Assembly: GCA_965652775.1 (NCBI GenBank)
Contig: CBFGXP010000001.1
Coordinates: 1 to 59,421 of the forward strand
Reading direction: 5' to 3'
DNA from: an uncultured bacterium
Lineage (GTDB): Bacteria > Bacteroidota > Bacteroidia > Chitinophagales > Chitinophagaceae
Length of the DNA stretch: 59,421 nt
Shown: in pieces, positions 1 through 9,387 of the stretch
How positions within the stretch are numbered: position 1 is the stretch's first letter
Layout: every line of letters starts with the position of its first letter
Program-made: the position numbers and the translations under genes
The notes under the pieces: model-generated
Databases searched by the model: none
Told to the model about the DNA's origin: nothing
Seen by the model: the letters and a program-made list of their open reading frames with translations, nothing else

Positions 1-2
1 TA

Positions 3-356
3 TGTTTTAGTGCTGGTGTTTTTGAAGAAATTGTTTACCGTGGTTACCTGGTTACCTATTGCTGGTATTTATTTGAAGGATATAATTATCAGCAACTGGG
101 TTCTGTAATTGTACCCGCATTTGTTTTTGCAATTGCACATTTTTACCAGGGTAGTAAAGCGGTTATAAAAATATTTGTACTGGCCGTTTGCTTTGGTTAT
201 TTGTATATTTTTTCTGGTTCATTACTAATAGTTATGATCTTACATTTTCTCGTCGACGCTATTGGCGGCCTATTGACAATAAAATATGTGAAAGAAGAAA
301 TTCCGGCAATCAACGATCAGGATTTTACAGCCGGAAGCGATCCCCCAGGCGAATAA
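3..356 (+). CDS. CPBP family intramembrane glutamic endopeptidase (CAAX protease/Abi-like), C-terminal part; 5' end lies outside the window
   Basis: Frame 3 is open from the window edge to TAA 354-356. The translation carries FEEIVYR (EExxxR), FAIAH (FxxxH) and HFLVD (HxxxD), the three CPBP motifs. The ORF-track ORF 188..547 is in another frame and is rejected. Confidence 0.7.
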   Translation, partial: CFSAGVFEEIVYRGYLVTYCWYLFEGYNYQQLGSVIVPAFVFAIAHFYQGSKAVIKIFVLAVCFGYLYIFSGSLLIVMILHFLVDAIGGLLTIKYVKEEIPAINDQDFTAGSDPPGE

Positions 357-357
357 A

Positions 358-1173
358 TTATTTTTCTGAAGAAATTAAGGCAACTATTCTTAAAGGTGCC
401 CCGCTCCCACCTTTTATTTTCATTGGCAATGCAATGATGAATGCGCCTTTTGTTGGCAGCTTGTCAATATTTGCGACATTTTCAAAGCCTGGGATATTTT
501 GCTCGTACAATATCTGGTGTGTCTTAAAATCTTTTGATTGTCCATAATCAACACTGGCTACATCTAAGCCAACGGCTTTTATCTTCCGGTTTTTTACCAG
601 CCAATCTGCCGCATCAGGTCCTATACCCGGGAAATGAACCTTTGCAACCGCTTCTGCGCCTCTTTCATCAGTGCCAAGATATTTTTTTGCATCAGGATAA
701 AACGAACCATAACCTGTGCGGAAGAAAACGATGATATCGTCTTTTAGTTTTCCATTTGTTTTTTCCCAGGATTCAATATCAGCAACACTGATCATGTAAT
801 CAGAATTTTTTAACGCATTACCTGAGACGTCAATTACGACCGCTTCGCCTGTAAGTTTTTCTAACGGCACCTGATCTGCAGACCATTTGCCTTTTGCAAA
901 ATGTACCGGCGCATCAAGATGCGTTCCTCCATGCTCCGCCGCGCAATAATTATACGCTTCATAATAAAAACCTGCTGGTGTAATACCATTAAACGCGGTA
1001 TCTAATTTAAATCCATTTGCTGTCGGCCAATACAGGGTTTTATCAGAAAAATCATAAGTCAGATCTATCCATTTACCTCTTGTGAGTTGTTCTGAAATAG
1101 ATACATCCTTTTCATTTTCCTGTGAGCATGAAATTGAGAAAATCAGCAAGAAAGTCAAACAACATTTCATCAT
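358..1173 (-). CDS. cyclase family protein (arylformamidase/KynB-like), probable lipoprotein
   Basis: 271-aa ORF with an N-terminal signal ending FSISC and the HGGTHLDAPVHF motif typical of the putative cyclase family. Confidence 0.75.
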   Translation of the reverse strand: MMKCCLTFLLIFSISCSQENEKDVSISEQLTRGKWIDLTYDFSDKTLYWPTANGFKLDTAFNGITPAGFYYEAYNYCAAEHGGTHLDAPVHFAKGKWSADQVPLEKLTGEAVVIDVSGNALKNSDYMISVADIESWEKTNGKLKDDIIVFFRTGYGSFYPDAKKYLGTDERGAEAVAKVHFPGIGPDAADWLVKNRKIKAVGLDVASVDYGQSKDFKTHQILYEQNIPGFENVANIDKLPTKGAFIIALPMKIKGGSGAPLRIVALISSEK

Positions 1174-1273
1174 ACAAAAGGTTTGTCAGACCAATTTAAG
1201 AAATAATAATTGTGTTGGATGGTTATTGAATCCGGTATTTCCTGCAGTAACTTTAAGAGACAAGAAACAACTA

Positions 1274-1588
1274 ATGAAATTCCTTTTCTTTTTTTGTTTT
1301 ATTATCCTGTTTGGATGGTTGGGCGGCAGTTTTAAAAATCCTCCGGATACAAGTGTGGGAAATGTTGCGATGATCTTAAAAGACACCATTGACTTTATCA
1401 ACCAGGTACAACCTGTTCTTGTAAAAAATTGCTCTCCTTGTCATTTTATCGGTGGGAAAATGTATAGCAGGATGCCTTTCGACAAGGACAGCACGATCAT
1501 TAATCATGAAACAGGGATTTTGAAACGGTTCAAAGGGGATGAAAATGCAGTGATCCAAACATTTATCGGCCAGAGTAAAATCCGGTGA
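1274..1588 (+). CDS. small membrane-anchored protein with a single CxxCH heme-binding motif
   Basis: I used the internal ATG 1274 (MKFLFFFCFIILFG, hydrophobic N-terminus). The ORF-track start 1082 would overlap the cyclase gene. It contains VKNCSPCHF, a CxxCH motif. Confidence 0.55.
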   Translation: MKFLFFFCFIILFGWLGGSFKNPPDTSVGNVAMILKDTIDFINQVQPVLVKNCSPCHFIGGKMYSRMPFDKDSTIINHETGILKRFKGDENAVIQTFIGQSKIR

Positions 1589-1619
1589 TTTTGACCGCGT
1601 CTTCTTTGTTTTAATTTTT

Positions 1620-1627
1620 TATATTTG
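1620..1627 (+). promoter_or_regulatory. candidate Bacteroidota -7 promoter box TATATTTG (TAnnTTTG)
   Basis: Matches the TAnnTTTG consensus, 17 nt upstream of ATG 1645. Confidence 0.35.
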
Positions 1628-1644
1628 AGTAAACCGAACCATCC

Positions 1645-2376
1645 ATGAGAAAGATAATCATACTTGTACTTGGTGCAATCATCTCCTTTCACTCAGTCAA
1701 AGCACAGCCATTAACAAAGATCGATCAGAATTCTATTGTAAAAGATACTTTGGGTAATACGCTCCCGTATGCGGTGTGGAGTCAATTATTATCGACGGGG
1801 CGCTTTAAATTAAAAGCTGAAAAGAAAGACAATCCTGAATTCATATTGTCGAGGATCTCCGATGAAGCGTATGAAAAAAACCTTGAGACTGCACCAAAAC
1901 CAAAAGAGTCAAATTTTTTCAGAACGGGCAACAAATTCGGTCATTTTAAGGCCACCGATATGAATGGCAATAAAATAAATACCAAAAATCTCGTCGGTAA
2001 GATCATTGTTCTTAATTATTGGTTTATTAAATGTCCGCCTTGTGTGAGGGAAATGCCTGAACTTAATCACCTGGTCGAAACATACAAAACAGATAGCTCA
2101 GTCGTATTCATTGCGATTGCATTGGACCAGAAATATGACCTGGAACAATTTTTAAAAACCACTCCTTTTGAATACACGATCGTCCATGAAGGGAGATTCA
2201 TTGCAGACCAAAACAAGATCACTTCATACCCGACCAATGTTGTTATCGATCAGCAGGGCAAAGTCTATTTTCATTCAAGCGGTCTGTTCATGAATACCGC
2301 GTATTGGATAAACAAATCAATTGAAGAGTTGAGAGGGAAAGGAATAGCAAAAACAAATACTCCCAATAATCAATAA
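1645..2376 (+). CDS. TlpA-family thiol-disulfide oxidoreductase (thioredoxin fold)
   Basis: Signal peptide plus YWFIKCPPCVREMP (CxxC active site) in a thioredoxin-like C-terminal half. Confidence 0.8.
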   Translation: MRKIIILVLGAIISFHSVKAQPLTKIDQNSIVKDTLGNTLPYAVWSQLLSTGRFKLKAEKKDNPEFILSRISDEAYEKNLETAPKPKESNFFRTGNKFGHFKATDMNGNKINTKNLVGKIIVLNYWFIKCPPCVREMPELNHLVETYKTDSSVVFIAIALDQKYDLEQFLKTTPFEYTIVHEGRFIADQNKITSYPTNVVIDQQGKVYFHSSGLFMNTAYWINKSIEELRGKGIAKTNTPNNQ

Positions 2377-2397
2377 TTATTAATAGGCAATTATTGA
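2370..2397. terminator. AT-rich hairpin between convergent genes (weak bidirectional terminator candidate)
   Basis: TCAATAATT (2370-2378) pairs with AATTATTGA (2389-2397). It overlaps the stop of the upstream (+) gene (TAA 2374-2376) and ends 1 nt before the stop of the convergent (-) gene at 2398. Confidence 0.3.
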
Positions 2398-3609
2398 TTA
2401 TTTCAATTTAGACAACGCCTCCTTTATCCTGGCCATTGCCGTTTCGATCTTCTCCATGCTATTGGCAAAAGAGATCCGAATACAATCGGGCTCACCAAAT
2501 GCCCGCCCGGTAACAGTAGAAACATTTGCTCTATTCAACAGGTACATGCAAAGATCATCTGCATTATTGATAATATTTTCACCATCCGATTTTCCAAAAA
2601 ACTCTTTTACAACCGGGAAAATATAAAATGCACCATCTGGTTCGGCACCATGTGTCCCGGGAATTTCCTTTAATAGTTCAAGAATTCGCTTACGCCTGCG
2701 GGTAAACTCTTTTGTCATTTCAATGGAGGGGCGGAGGTCTGTAGTGAGTGCTGTTATCGCTGCCCGTTGTGTTACTGCATTGGCGCCACTGGTAAACTGA
2801 CCCTGTATTTTTTCACAACCCTTTGCAACTACGGGATTGGCTGCGATATAACCCAGGCGATAACCCGTCATCGCAAAACCTTTACTTAAACCATTAATTA
2901 TAACAACCCTGTCCTTTACATTTCCAAATTGTGCAATACTTTCATGATGTCCAATAAAATTTATGTACTCATAAATTTCATCAGAAATAATATAGATACC
3001 GGGATGATTTTCTAAAATAGCCGCAAGCTTTTTCAATTCTTCTTTTGAATATACTGCACCGCTTGGATTGCAGGGAGATGAAAACAAGACCACTTTTGAT
3101 TTTTCAGTGATACTTTCCTCTAATTGCTGTGGAGTGATCTTATATTTATTTTCTAATGACGTTCTCACGATCACAGGAATTCCACCTGCAATTTTTACCA
3201 ACTCTGAATACGAAACCCAGAACGGGGCCGGGATGATCACTTCATCACCAACATCGACCAAAGCAAGAATAGCATTGGCAAGGCTTTGCTTGGCGCCGGT
3301 AGAAACAACAATATTCTCTGGTTTATAATCAAGGTCATTATCTCTTTTAAACTTCTGGCAAATAGCTTCACGCAGATCGGGATAGCCTGCTACAGGGGGA
3401 TAATGACTCCAATTATCATCAATAGCTTTTTTAGCAGCGTCTTTAATGTGTTGTGGTGTATCAAAATCCGGTTCACCTAAACTGAGATCGATCACATCAA
3501 CTCCTTTTGCTCTCAATTCACGGCCAAGTTTGGCCATCTTTAATGTTTCTGGTTCGGCAAAACGATCTAATAAAGATGATAGTTGCACAGGTTCTACGAT
3601 TGCTTGCAT
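2398..3609 (-). CDS. PLP-dependent class I aminotransferase (aspartate aminotransferase-like)
   Basis: 403 aa, with LSLGEPDFDTP, SSPCNPSG and the PLP-lysine motif SKGFAMTGYRLGY. Confidence 0.85.
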   Translation of the reverse strand: MQAIVEPVQLSSLLDRFAEPETLKMAKLGRELRAKGVDVIDLSLGEPDFDTPQHIKDAAKKAIDDNWSHYPPVAGYPDLREAICQKFKRDNDLDYKPENIVVSTGAKQSLANAILALVDVGDEVIIPAPFWVSYSELVKIAGGIPVIVRTSLENKYKITPQQLEESITEKSKVVLFSSPCNPSGAVYSKEELKKLAAILENHPGIYIISDEIYEYINFIGHHESIAQFGNVKDRVVIINGLSKGFAMTGYRLGYIAANPVVAKGCEKIQGQFTSGANAVTQRAAITALTTDLRPSIEMTKEFTRRRKRILELLKEIPGTHGAEPDGAFYIFPVVKEFFGKSDGENIINNADDLCMYLLNRANVSTVTGRAFGEPDCIRISFANSMEKIETAMARIKEALSKLK

Positions 3610-3630
3610 TTAATGATTAGAATTTAAAAT

Positions 3631-3638
3631 CAAAAATA
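3631..3638 (-). promoter_or_regulatory. candidate -7 box TATTTTTG
   Basis: The reverse complement of CAAAAATA lies 21 nt upstream of the aminotransferase start (3609). Confidence 0.35.
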
Positions 3639-3662
3639 CTTATTTATAGGACTAACGCCTGT

Positions 3663-4967
3663 TTATTGCTTGTAATTAAATCGAAACATATTGAGATCAG
3701 GAATTACTTTCTTATTTCGTTTCAACTCGTGATCATAGATCACCTGCCCAAGGTTTTTCATAAAAGGAAAACCGATCGTATCATAATCATATTTATCATC
3801 ATTAAAAATTCCATCGTTGTTAACATGAATAACAGCGCTTAATATAAACTCAACATTATTATTATAATCTGCGAAGTAAGCAGCATCGATCAAAAATCCA
3901 TATGCTTCTCCCACTTTGTTAAAGACCCTGACAGCATCTTTCATAACATTCTTTTCATTACCATACATTAAAAACTTAACATACGAGTCCCAATAATCTT
4001 CCTTGTCATAAAATGGAAATGTAGATTCCGACGGGATCATTGACATGTATTTGCGAAGAAGATCATAATCATCATCTGTAAGATCAAATCGTTGTTTACC
4101 TGGCACTGCTTTAGGAAACATTACACTACGAACAATATTGTGTAACGTTTTTAAGGATAGCCGATTCTTTTTGGAGAAATCAAATGGTTCGTTCACTAAT
4201 TCTCCCCGACGGTAAAAACCCGTTCCCATTTTTGTATTGCGTTCCGAATACAACAATTTGCTTTGCTCCAGGGGTTTTTCATAAATAAGTTTACCATTGG
4301 TATCATAAAACCTTACCGGATTTGTATGCCGGTTCTCATCTTCTGATAAACTTATTTCAAGTCGGTGAATGATCTGTGCCTCTTTATAACCCATTGTATG
4401 CAAGGTGTTATTGATGTACTCCTGTCCCAGGAATTCATAAAGGCGATTGAATGCATCATTGTCACTGACCAATAAAATTTTTTTTATATAATGCTCGATC
4501 GTTGGCCGGCCGTCGGGTGCCGATGGATCATTGTACACTTCAGTTTGCCCGCTATGATCAGCCTCCGTTATCATCGTGGTGGTTTTATTAAGACCAGGAA
4601 TTTTTAATTCATTCAACTTTTGCAAAGCCAGGATGGCCACAGGCAATTTCACTGTTGATGCCGGATAGAAATAAGCGGAGTCATTGACATTGAAATAATG
4701 ATCTGTAAACTTTGGCTTATTATTTTTACGACGGTCAATCTGAGTATAAATAATCTGAATGTTATGGCGCTGATTGGAGAGCACAGCCCGGAAATGATCC
4801 GGGTGTTGTTTTAATAAGTCAACTAAATAAGTATGAGTAGTTCCGGTAAAACTCATTGCCGAATCATTTTTTGTTTCAATTGATTGAGGTTTGCCCATTT
4901 TTATCGGCGTTTTGCAGGCGGCCAGAAGAACCAAAACCATAGCTGCAATGCCTTTAGAAATATTCAT
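3663..4967 (-). CDS. serine hydrolase, class A beta-lactamase-related, secreted or lipoprotein
   Basis: N-terminal LLAAC lipobox-like signal, an ASTVK (S-x-x-K) motif and an SDN motif (LVSDNDAFN). Confidence 0.7.
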   Translation of the reverse strand: MNISKGIAAMVLVLLAACKTPIKMGKPQSIETKNDSAMSFTGTTHTYLVDLLKQHPDHFRAVLSNQRHNIQIIYTQIDRRKNNKPKFTDHYFNVNDSAYFYPASTVKLPVAILALQKLNELKIPGLNKTTTMITEADHSGQTEVYNDPSAPDGRPTIEHYIKKILLVSDNDAFNRLYEFLGQEYINNTLHTMGYKEAQIIHRLEISLSEDENRHTNPVRFYDTNGKLIYEKPLEQSKLLYSERNTKMGTGFYRRGELVNEPFDFSKKNRLSLKTLHNIVRSVMFPKAVPGKQRFDLTDDDYDLLRKYMSMIPSESTFPFYDKEDYWDSYVKFLMYGNEKNVMKDAVRVFNKVGEAYGFLIDAAYFADYNNNVEFILSAVIHVNNDGIFNDDKYDYDTIGFPFMKNLGQVIYDHELKRNKKVIPDLNMFRFNYKQ

Positions 4968-5070
4968 GCTTTAAACTTAACCCAAATTAATCACTTGAAC
5001 CCCTGATTAGTTCCTGAAAACCACCGACATCAGCCGAATTTTTTATCTCTTTTTTTCTGGGTGAAACCCC

Positions 5071-5078
5071 TATCTTTG
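5071..5078 (+). promoter_or_regulatory. candidate -7 box TATCTTTG
   Basis: 80 nt upstream of the secDF ATG 5159. Confidence 0.25.
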
Positions 5079-5158
5079 CCCTCCAAAAAAAATCCCAGCC
5101 GCTTGCCCGAACCAGTGTGGGAAATGGCAATGAGGCATAAAATGTAAATCTACCCCGT

Positions 5159-8100
5159 ATGCAATTAAGAGGTTTAGTAGCGGTGTTTGCAATCCTGCTT
5201 ATTATTTATTCTGTATGGCTGCTTTCTTTCACGTGGTTTGTCAACAAACATGAAAACAAAATGGCTGCCCGTGCCAAAGCTTACATGGATGCTAACTATC
5301 CTGAAGCAAGAAAATTCTCCAGGTCAGCTGATTATACTGACTCACTTAAAACGCTCTATAGAGATCGTCTTACAAAATTGCTCGATAGTACCAAGGAAGA
5401 AAAAATAACCTGGTTCGGAGATACCTATGGAAGAGCAAGAGAAAAAGAATTGAATCTTGGTCTGGATCTGCAAGGTGGGATGAGTGTAACGATGGAAGTA
5501 GAGCTTACAGGTTTGCTAAGATCATTGAGTAATAATTCAAAAGATCCACAGTTTTTAAGAGCACTTGATGCTGCCACTAAGCAAAAGGCAAATAGTGATA
5601 AAGATTTTATTTCTTTATTTTATAATGAATTTAAAAACATTGCAGGAACGGATAAATTAGCAGGCATTTTTTCTGCCACTAATTCGGATAGAATTCCAAA
5701 GAACTCAACTGATGCAAAAGTACTCGAAGTAATTCGCGACGAAGCCGGACAGGCAATTAACAGGACATATTACATAATGCAAAGGAGGATTGATAAGTTT
5801 GGCGTGGCCCAGCCATCACTCAATCTTGAAGAAGCAAAAGGCATTATCACTGTTGATCTTCCTGGTATAGATGACAAAGAAAGAGTAAGAAAATTTTTAC
5901 AAACGTCTGCCAACCTTCAATTTTGGGAGGTTTATAATCTTGGCGAGTTAGCACAGGAATTGCAAGCAGCTGACCAGGCATTTACTGCATTGATGAGTGG
6001 TAAATCAGTAACTGATACAGCAACCGCAACTACTGCTAAGGCTGATACAACAGGGAATAAAAAAGATACGACGAAAAAAGATGCGAATATTACTGATCTT
6101 CTGACGCCTGGTCAAACACAAACTCAAAGTACAGCCACTCAGCAATCAGTATCAGCAGATCCAAGAAAACGTCTTGGTGAGTATATCCAGTTTGTTCAAC
6201 AGTACCCCGATGCACAAAACCAACCAAGATGGCCTGCACCTATTGGCTATGTAGCTATAAAAGATACCGCGACGGTAAGAGATTATCTGAACCAGGTGGC
6301 TGATTTTCCAGGTGATGCGAGACTTTTATATGGCATTGTAGAAACTGACGCAACTACCGGCAAGAAAAACAGTTTTGTGGGACTGTACGTGATCAAAACT
6401 TATGGCGCAGATAAAGCTCCCATCGAAGGTGATGCTGTAGTTGACGCATCGCAGGGCTTTGAACCACTTTCTGGAAATCCAATGGTATTGATGAGCATGA
6501 ACCAAAAAGGGGCAAGCGACTGGGCAACACTTACAGATAAAAGTGCAAAAAATAAAATACCTATTGCTATTGTACTTGATAATACTGTTTATTCTGCGCC
6601 TATAGCAGAACAAAGAATCGAAGGTGGCGACTCTCGTATCACTGGAAACTTCACTGTTGAAGAAGCCCAGGATCTTGCACGTATCTTAAAAGTAGGTAAG
6701 CTTCCCGCACCTGCCAAGATCGTTCAGGAACAAGTGGTAGGACCTACATTGGGAGCTGAAGCAATCAGGGGTGGAAGCCTGGCATTTATAATTTCATTTG
6801 CAGTAATCTTCATACTAATGCTGGTTTATTATAACACCAGCGGCTGGATCGCAAACATTGCGCTTATTCTAAACCTTCTTTATACTGTTGGAGTCCTGAC
6901 CTCTTTCGGTGCTACACTTACTGCTCCGGGTATCGCAGGTCTTGTACTTACCATTGGTATGGCCGTTGACACCAACGTAATCATTTATGAACGTATAAAA
7001 GAAGAGTTGACAAAAGGGAAAAGTTACCAATTGGCGATCGCCGAGGGATACCGGCGTTCGTTGCCACCGGTGCTTGATGGCCACGTAACTACCTTGCTTA
7101 CCGCGATTATCCTTTTCATCTTTGGATTAGGTCCTGTAAAAGGATTTGCAACAACCCAGATCATTGGTATTCTTCTTTCTTTGTTCTGCGGTATTCTTGT
7201 AAGCCGTTGGGTGAGCGATTGGTTTACCAATAAGAAAAAACACCTTGAATATTTCACCGGTGTTAGTCGCAAGCTTTTCAAAAACGCAAATTTCAAATTC
7301 ATTCAATATCGCAAGGTTGCTTACATGATCTCTTTTGTAGTGTTGGCACTTGGTGTAGGAGCTCTTTTTAATGGCTTTGACCAGGGCGTTGAATTCAAAG
7401 GTGGTCGCAGTTTCAATATACAGTTTGATAAGACAAAGCCATTGGATGTTGCTGGTATAAGGAAAGACCTTGAAGTTGCATTCAATCAAAATCCTACGAT
7501 TAAGACGGTAGGCTTGAATAACCAACTGGATATCACGACATCTTACCTTATTGATGATCCTCGTCCCAATGTTGATTCTATTGTTGAAAGACAACTATAT
7601 AATGGTTTAAAAAATCACCTTGGTGGCGTCTCCTACGAAGAATTTGATGTAAAGAATAAACTAGGGTCTAAGACGGTCTTACCAACCATTTCAGATGACT
7701 TGAAAAAAGGAGCAAGAAATGCGACGATCATTGCCCTGATATTGATCGCATTGTACATTTTTATTCGTTTCCGCGATTGGAGATATTCGCTCGGAACTAT
7801 CATCGCTTTGTTTCACGACGTATTGGTTACAATTATTGCATTCTCATTTTTAAGAGGTGTAGTTCCTTTCCCTCTTGAGCTTGATCAGCATTTCATTGCT
7901 GCTATCCTTACCGTTATTGGATTTTCCATGAACGATACTGTCGTAGTATTTGACCGGATCCGTGAATACAGCGGCACAATGAAAGGGCAACCAAAAGAGA
8001 TCATTATCAATAAAGCGATTAATGATACGCTGAGCCGTACCATTATGACTTCATTAACAGTGTTTCTTACTCTTCTCATTCTTTTCATATTTGGCGGTGA

Positions 8101-8284
8101 GGTTACAAGAGGATTTGCATTTGCAATGTTGATAGGCGTTATTACAGGTATCTATTCATCAGTATTCGTAGCAGCGCCAGTACTTGTTGACCTTGCTAAA
8201 GGAAAAGCGCTGGGAAAAACTGAAGAGGTAGCTACTGCTACTGCACAGAAGCCAGCCGTAAAGCCAGCAACAGCTAAAAGCTAA
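5159..8284 (+). CDS. secDF: protein translocase subunit SecDF (fused)
   Basis: 1041 aa with two 6-TM SecD/SecF blocks (GPTLG..., FDRIRE...). There is a T/Q-rich low-complexity insert in the periplasmic domain (about nt 6000-6170). Confidence 0.95.
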   Translation: MQLRGLVAVFAILLIIYSVWLLSFTWFVNKHENKMAARAKAYMDANYPEARKFSRSADYTDSLKTLYRDRLTKLLDSTKEEKITWFGDTYGRAREKELNLGLDLQGGMSVTMEVELTGLLRSLSNNSKDPQFLRALDAATKQKANSDKDFISLFYNEFKNIAGTDKLAGIFSATNSDRIPKNSTDAKVLEVIRDEAGQAINRTYYIMQRRIDKFGVAQPSLNLEEAKGIITVDLPGIDDKERVRKFLQTSANLQFWEVYNLGELAQELQAADQAFTALMSGKSVTDTATATTAKADTTGNKKDTTKKDANITDLLTPGQTQTQSTATQQSVSADPRKRLGEYIQFVQQYPDAQNQPRWPAPIGYVAIKDTATVRDYLNQVADFPGDARLLYGIVETDATTGKKNSFVGLYVIKTYGADKAPIEGDAVVDASQGFEPLSGNPMVLMSMNQKGASDWATLTDKSAKNKIPIAIVLDNTVYSAPIAEQRIEGGDSRITGNFTVEEAQDLARILKVGKLPAPAKIVQEQVVGPTLGAEAIRGGSLAFIISFAVIFILMLVYYNTSGWIANIALILNLLYTVGVLTSFGATLTAPGIAGLVLTIGMAVDTNVIIYERIKEELTKGKSYQLAIAEGYRRSLPPVLDGHVTTLLTAIILFIFGLGPVKGFATTQIIGILLSLFCGILVSRWVSDWFTNKKKHLEYFTGVSRKLFKNANFKFIQYRKVAYMISFVVLALGVGALFNGFDQGVEFKGGRSFNIQFDKTKPLDVAGIRKDLEVAFNQNPTIKTVGLNNQLDITTSYLIDDPRPNVDSIVERQLYNGLKNHLGGVSYEEFDVKNKLGSKTVLPTISDDLKKGARNATIIALILIALYIFIRFRDWRYSLGTIIALFHDVLVTIIAFSFLRGVVPFPLELDQHFIAAILTVIGFSMNDTVVVFDRIREYSGTMKGQPKEIIINKAINDTLSRTIMTSLTVFLTLLILFIFGGEVTRGFAFAMLIGVITGIYSSVFVAAPVLVDLAKGKALGKTEEVATATAQKPAVKPATAKS

Positions 8285-8308
8285 AAGGATTTTATTTAGA
8301 ATAAGAAT

Positions 8309-8340
8309 AACCCCTGCTAAAAAACAGGGGTTTATTTTTC
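8309..8340 (+). terminator. rho-independent terminator after secDF
   Basis: AACCCCTG (8309-8316) pairs with CAGGGGTT (8325-8332), followed by TATTTTT. Confidence 0.8.
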
Positions 8341-8398
8341 CTGAATATTAATTGAGCAAACAAAACGATATGAAAACTTCCAAAGGTGTTAAGCTCAG

Positions 8399-8743
8399 CT
8401 ACACTCCAAAGCTGGTGCCGCAGCCACAGGTTGTAGCGGCATTGGGGTTTTTAAAAGTAAATCCACGGTTATTCAAGCCATCCTCCCAATCGATCTCCAT
8501 GCCGTAGACATACATTTCATGCGCCGCATTCATTACGCAACTGATACCTTCTATGTCAAATGTTTTGTCTTTTTCGGTTGGTTGATCAAAGCCCAGAACA
8601 TAAGACATGCCTGAGCAGCCTCCTCCTTTTACGCCAACGCGAAGTTTTTGAGTGGTATCAAATCCTTCTGCTGCCATCAGTCTTTTTATTTGCCTGATAG
8701 CTCCTGCCGTCATTGTCACCGGTATGCTTTCTGTAATAACCAT
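8399..8743 (-). CDS. iron-sulfur cluster insertion protein, HesB/IscA/ErpA family
   Basis: 114 aa with GGCSG and a C-terminal TCGCGTSF cysteine motif. Confidence 0.9.
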   Translation of the reverse strand: MVITESIPVTMTAGAIRQIKRLMAAEGFDTTQKLRVGVKGGGCSGMSYVLGFDQPTEKDKTFDIEGISCVMNAAHEMYVYGMEIDWEDGLNNRGFTFKNPNAATTCGCGTSFGV

Positions 8744-8759
8744 TGAATTTATTTATCTG

Positions 8760-8767
8760 CAAAAATA
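8760..8767 (-). promoter_or_regulatory. candidate -7 box TATTTTTG
   Basis: 16 nt upstream of the IscA-like start (8743). It forms a divergent pair with the box at 8821-8828. Confidence 0.35.
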
Positions 8768-8820
8768 AAAAACAAAAATGAGGCCCATTTTCTAATTCGG
8801 AAAAGAAAGCCTTTTGCCTG

Positions 8821-8828
8821 TATTTTTG
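8821..8828 (+). promoter_or_regulatory. candidate -7 box TATTTTTG
   Basis: 19 nt upstream of ATG 8848. Confidence 0.35.
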
Positions 8829-8847
8829 CAAAACTTAAACAAAATCT

Positions 8848-9354
8848 ATGGATACCGCTACACTTAGTCTGATACTCTCCACTTTCGCAATTGTGCTTTC
8901 ATTGATAGTTTGTTACTTATGGATCACAAAGAGGGAAAACAAAAAAACTATTGACCCTGCCTATACCACGAGGCCATTGCAATTGCAAGCCTATGAAAGA
9001 TTGGTGATACTGACCGAAAGAATTGCGCTGCCGAATCTTGTAAGCCGTGCCAACCAGCCTGGCCTTACTGCAAAAGAGATCCAGTTGCTGATGCTCGAAA
9101 GTATAAAACAGGAATTTGAATATAACAGTTCGCAGCAGATATATGTAAGCCCTGTAGCATGGCAGGCCGTTAATAACTTAAAGGAACAGAATATGCTTAT
9201 TATAAACCAGGTGGCACAAACATTACCGCCTGATTCAAGAGGCTATGACCTGGGAAAAAGAATAATGGAGGTTATTATTGCACAAGATAAAAAAGCATTA
9301 CACAATATTGTACTCGAAGCACTGAACTACGAGGCAAGAAAGCTGATGAAATAA
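8848..9354 (+). CDS. hypothetical protein with N-terminal transmembrane anchor
   Basis: 168-aa ORF with a hydrophobic N-terminus (LSLILSTFAIVLSLIVCYLWI) and a TAnnTTTG box 19 nt upstream. I recognise no family. Confidence 0.55.
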   Translation: MDTATLSLILSTFAIVLSLIVCYLWITKRENKKTIDPAYTTRPLQLQAYERLVILTERIALPNLVSRANQPGLTAKEIQLLMLESIKQEFEYNSSQQIYVSPVAWQAVNNLKEQNMLIINQVAQTLPPDSRGYDLGKRIMEVIIAQDKKALHNIVLEALNYEARKLMK

Positions 9355-9365
9355 TAAGTTAAGAA

Positions 9366-9382
9366 TTGAAGGTTGAAAGTTT
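9366..9382. repeat. family B half-copy
   Basis: TTGAAGGTTGAAAGTTT contains the same 12-mer GGTTGAAAGTTT (9371-9382) as 30408-30419, with no inverted partner nearby. Confidence 0.5.
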
Positions 9383-9387
9383 GTATT

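Noticed and set aside
1082-1273. Upstream part of ORF 1082..1588
   Set aside because: It overlaps the 5' end of the cyclase gene on the opposite strand and lacks any signal. ATG 1274 gives a typical hydrophobic N-terminus.
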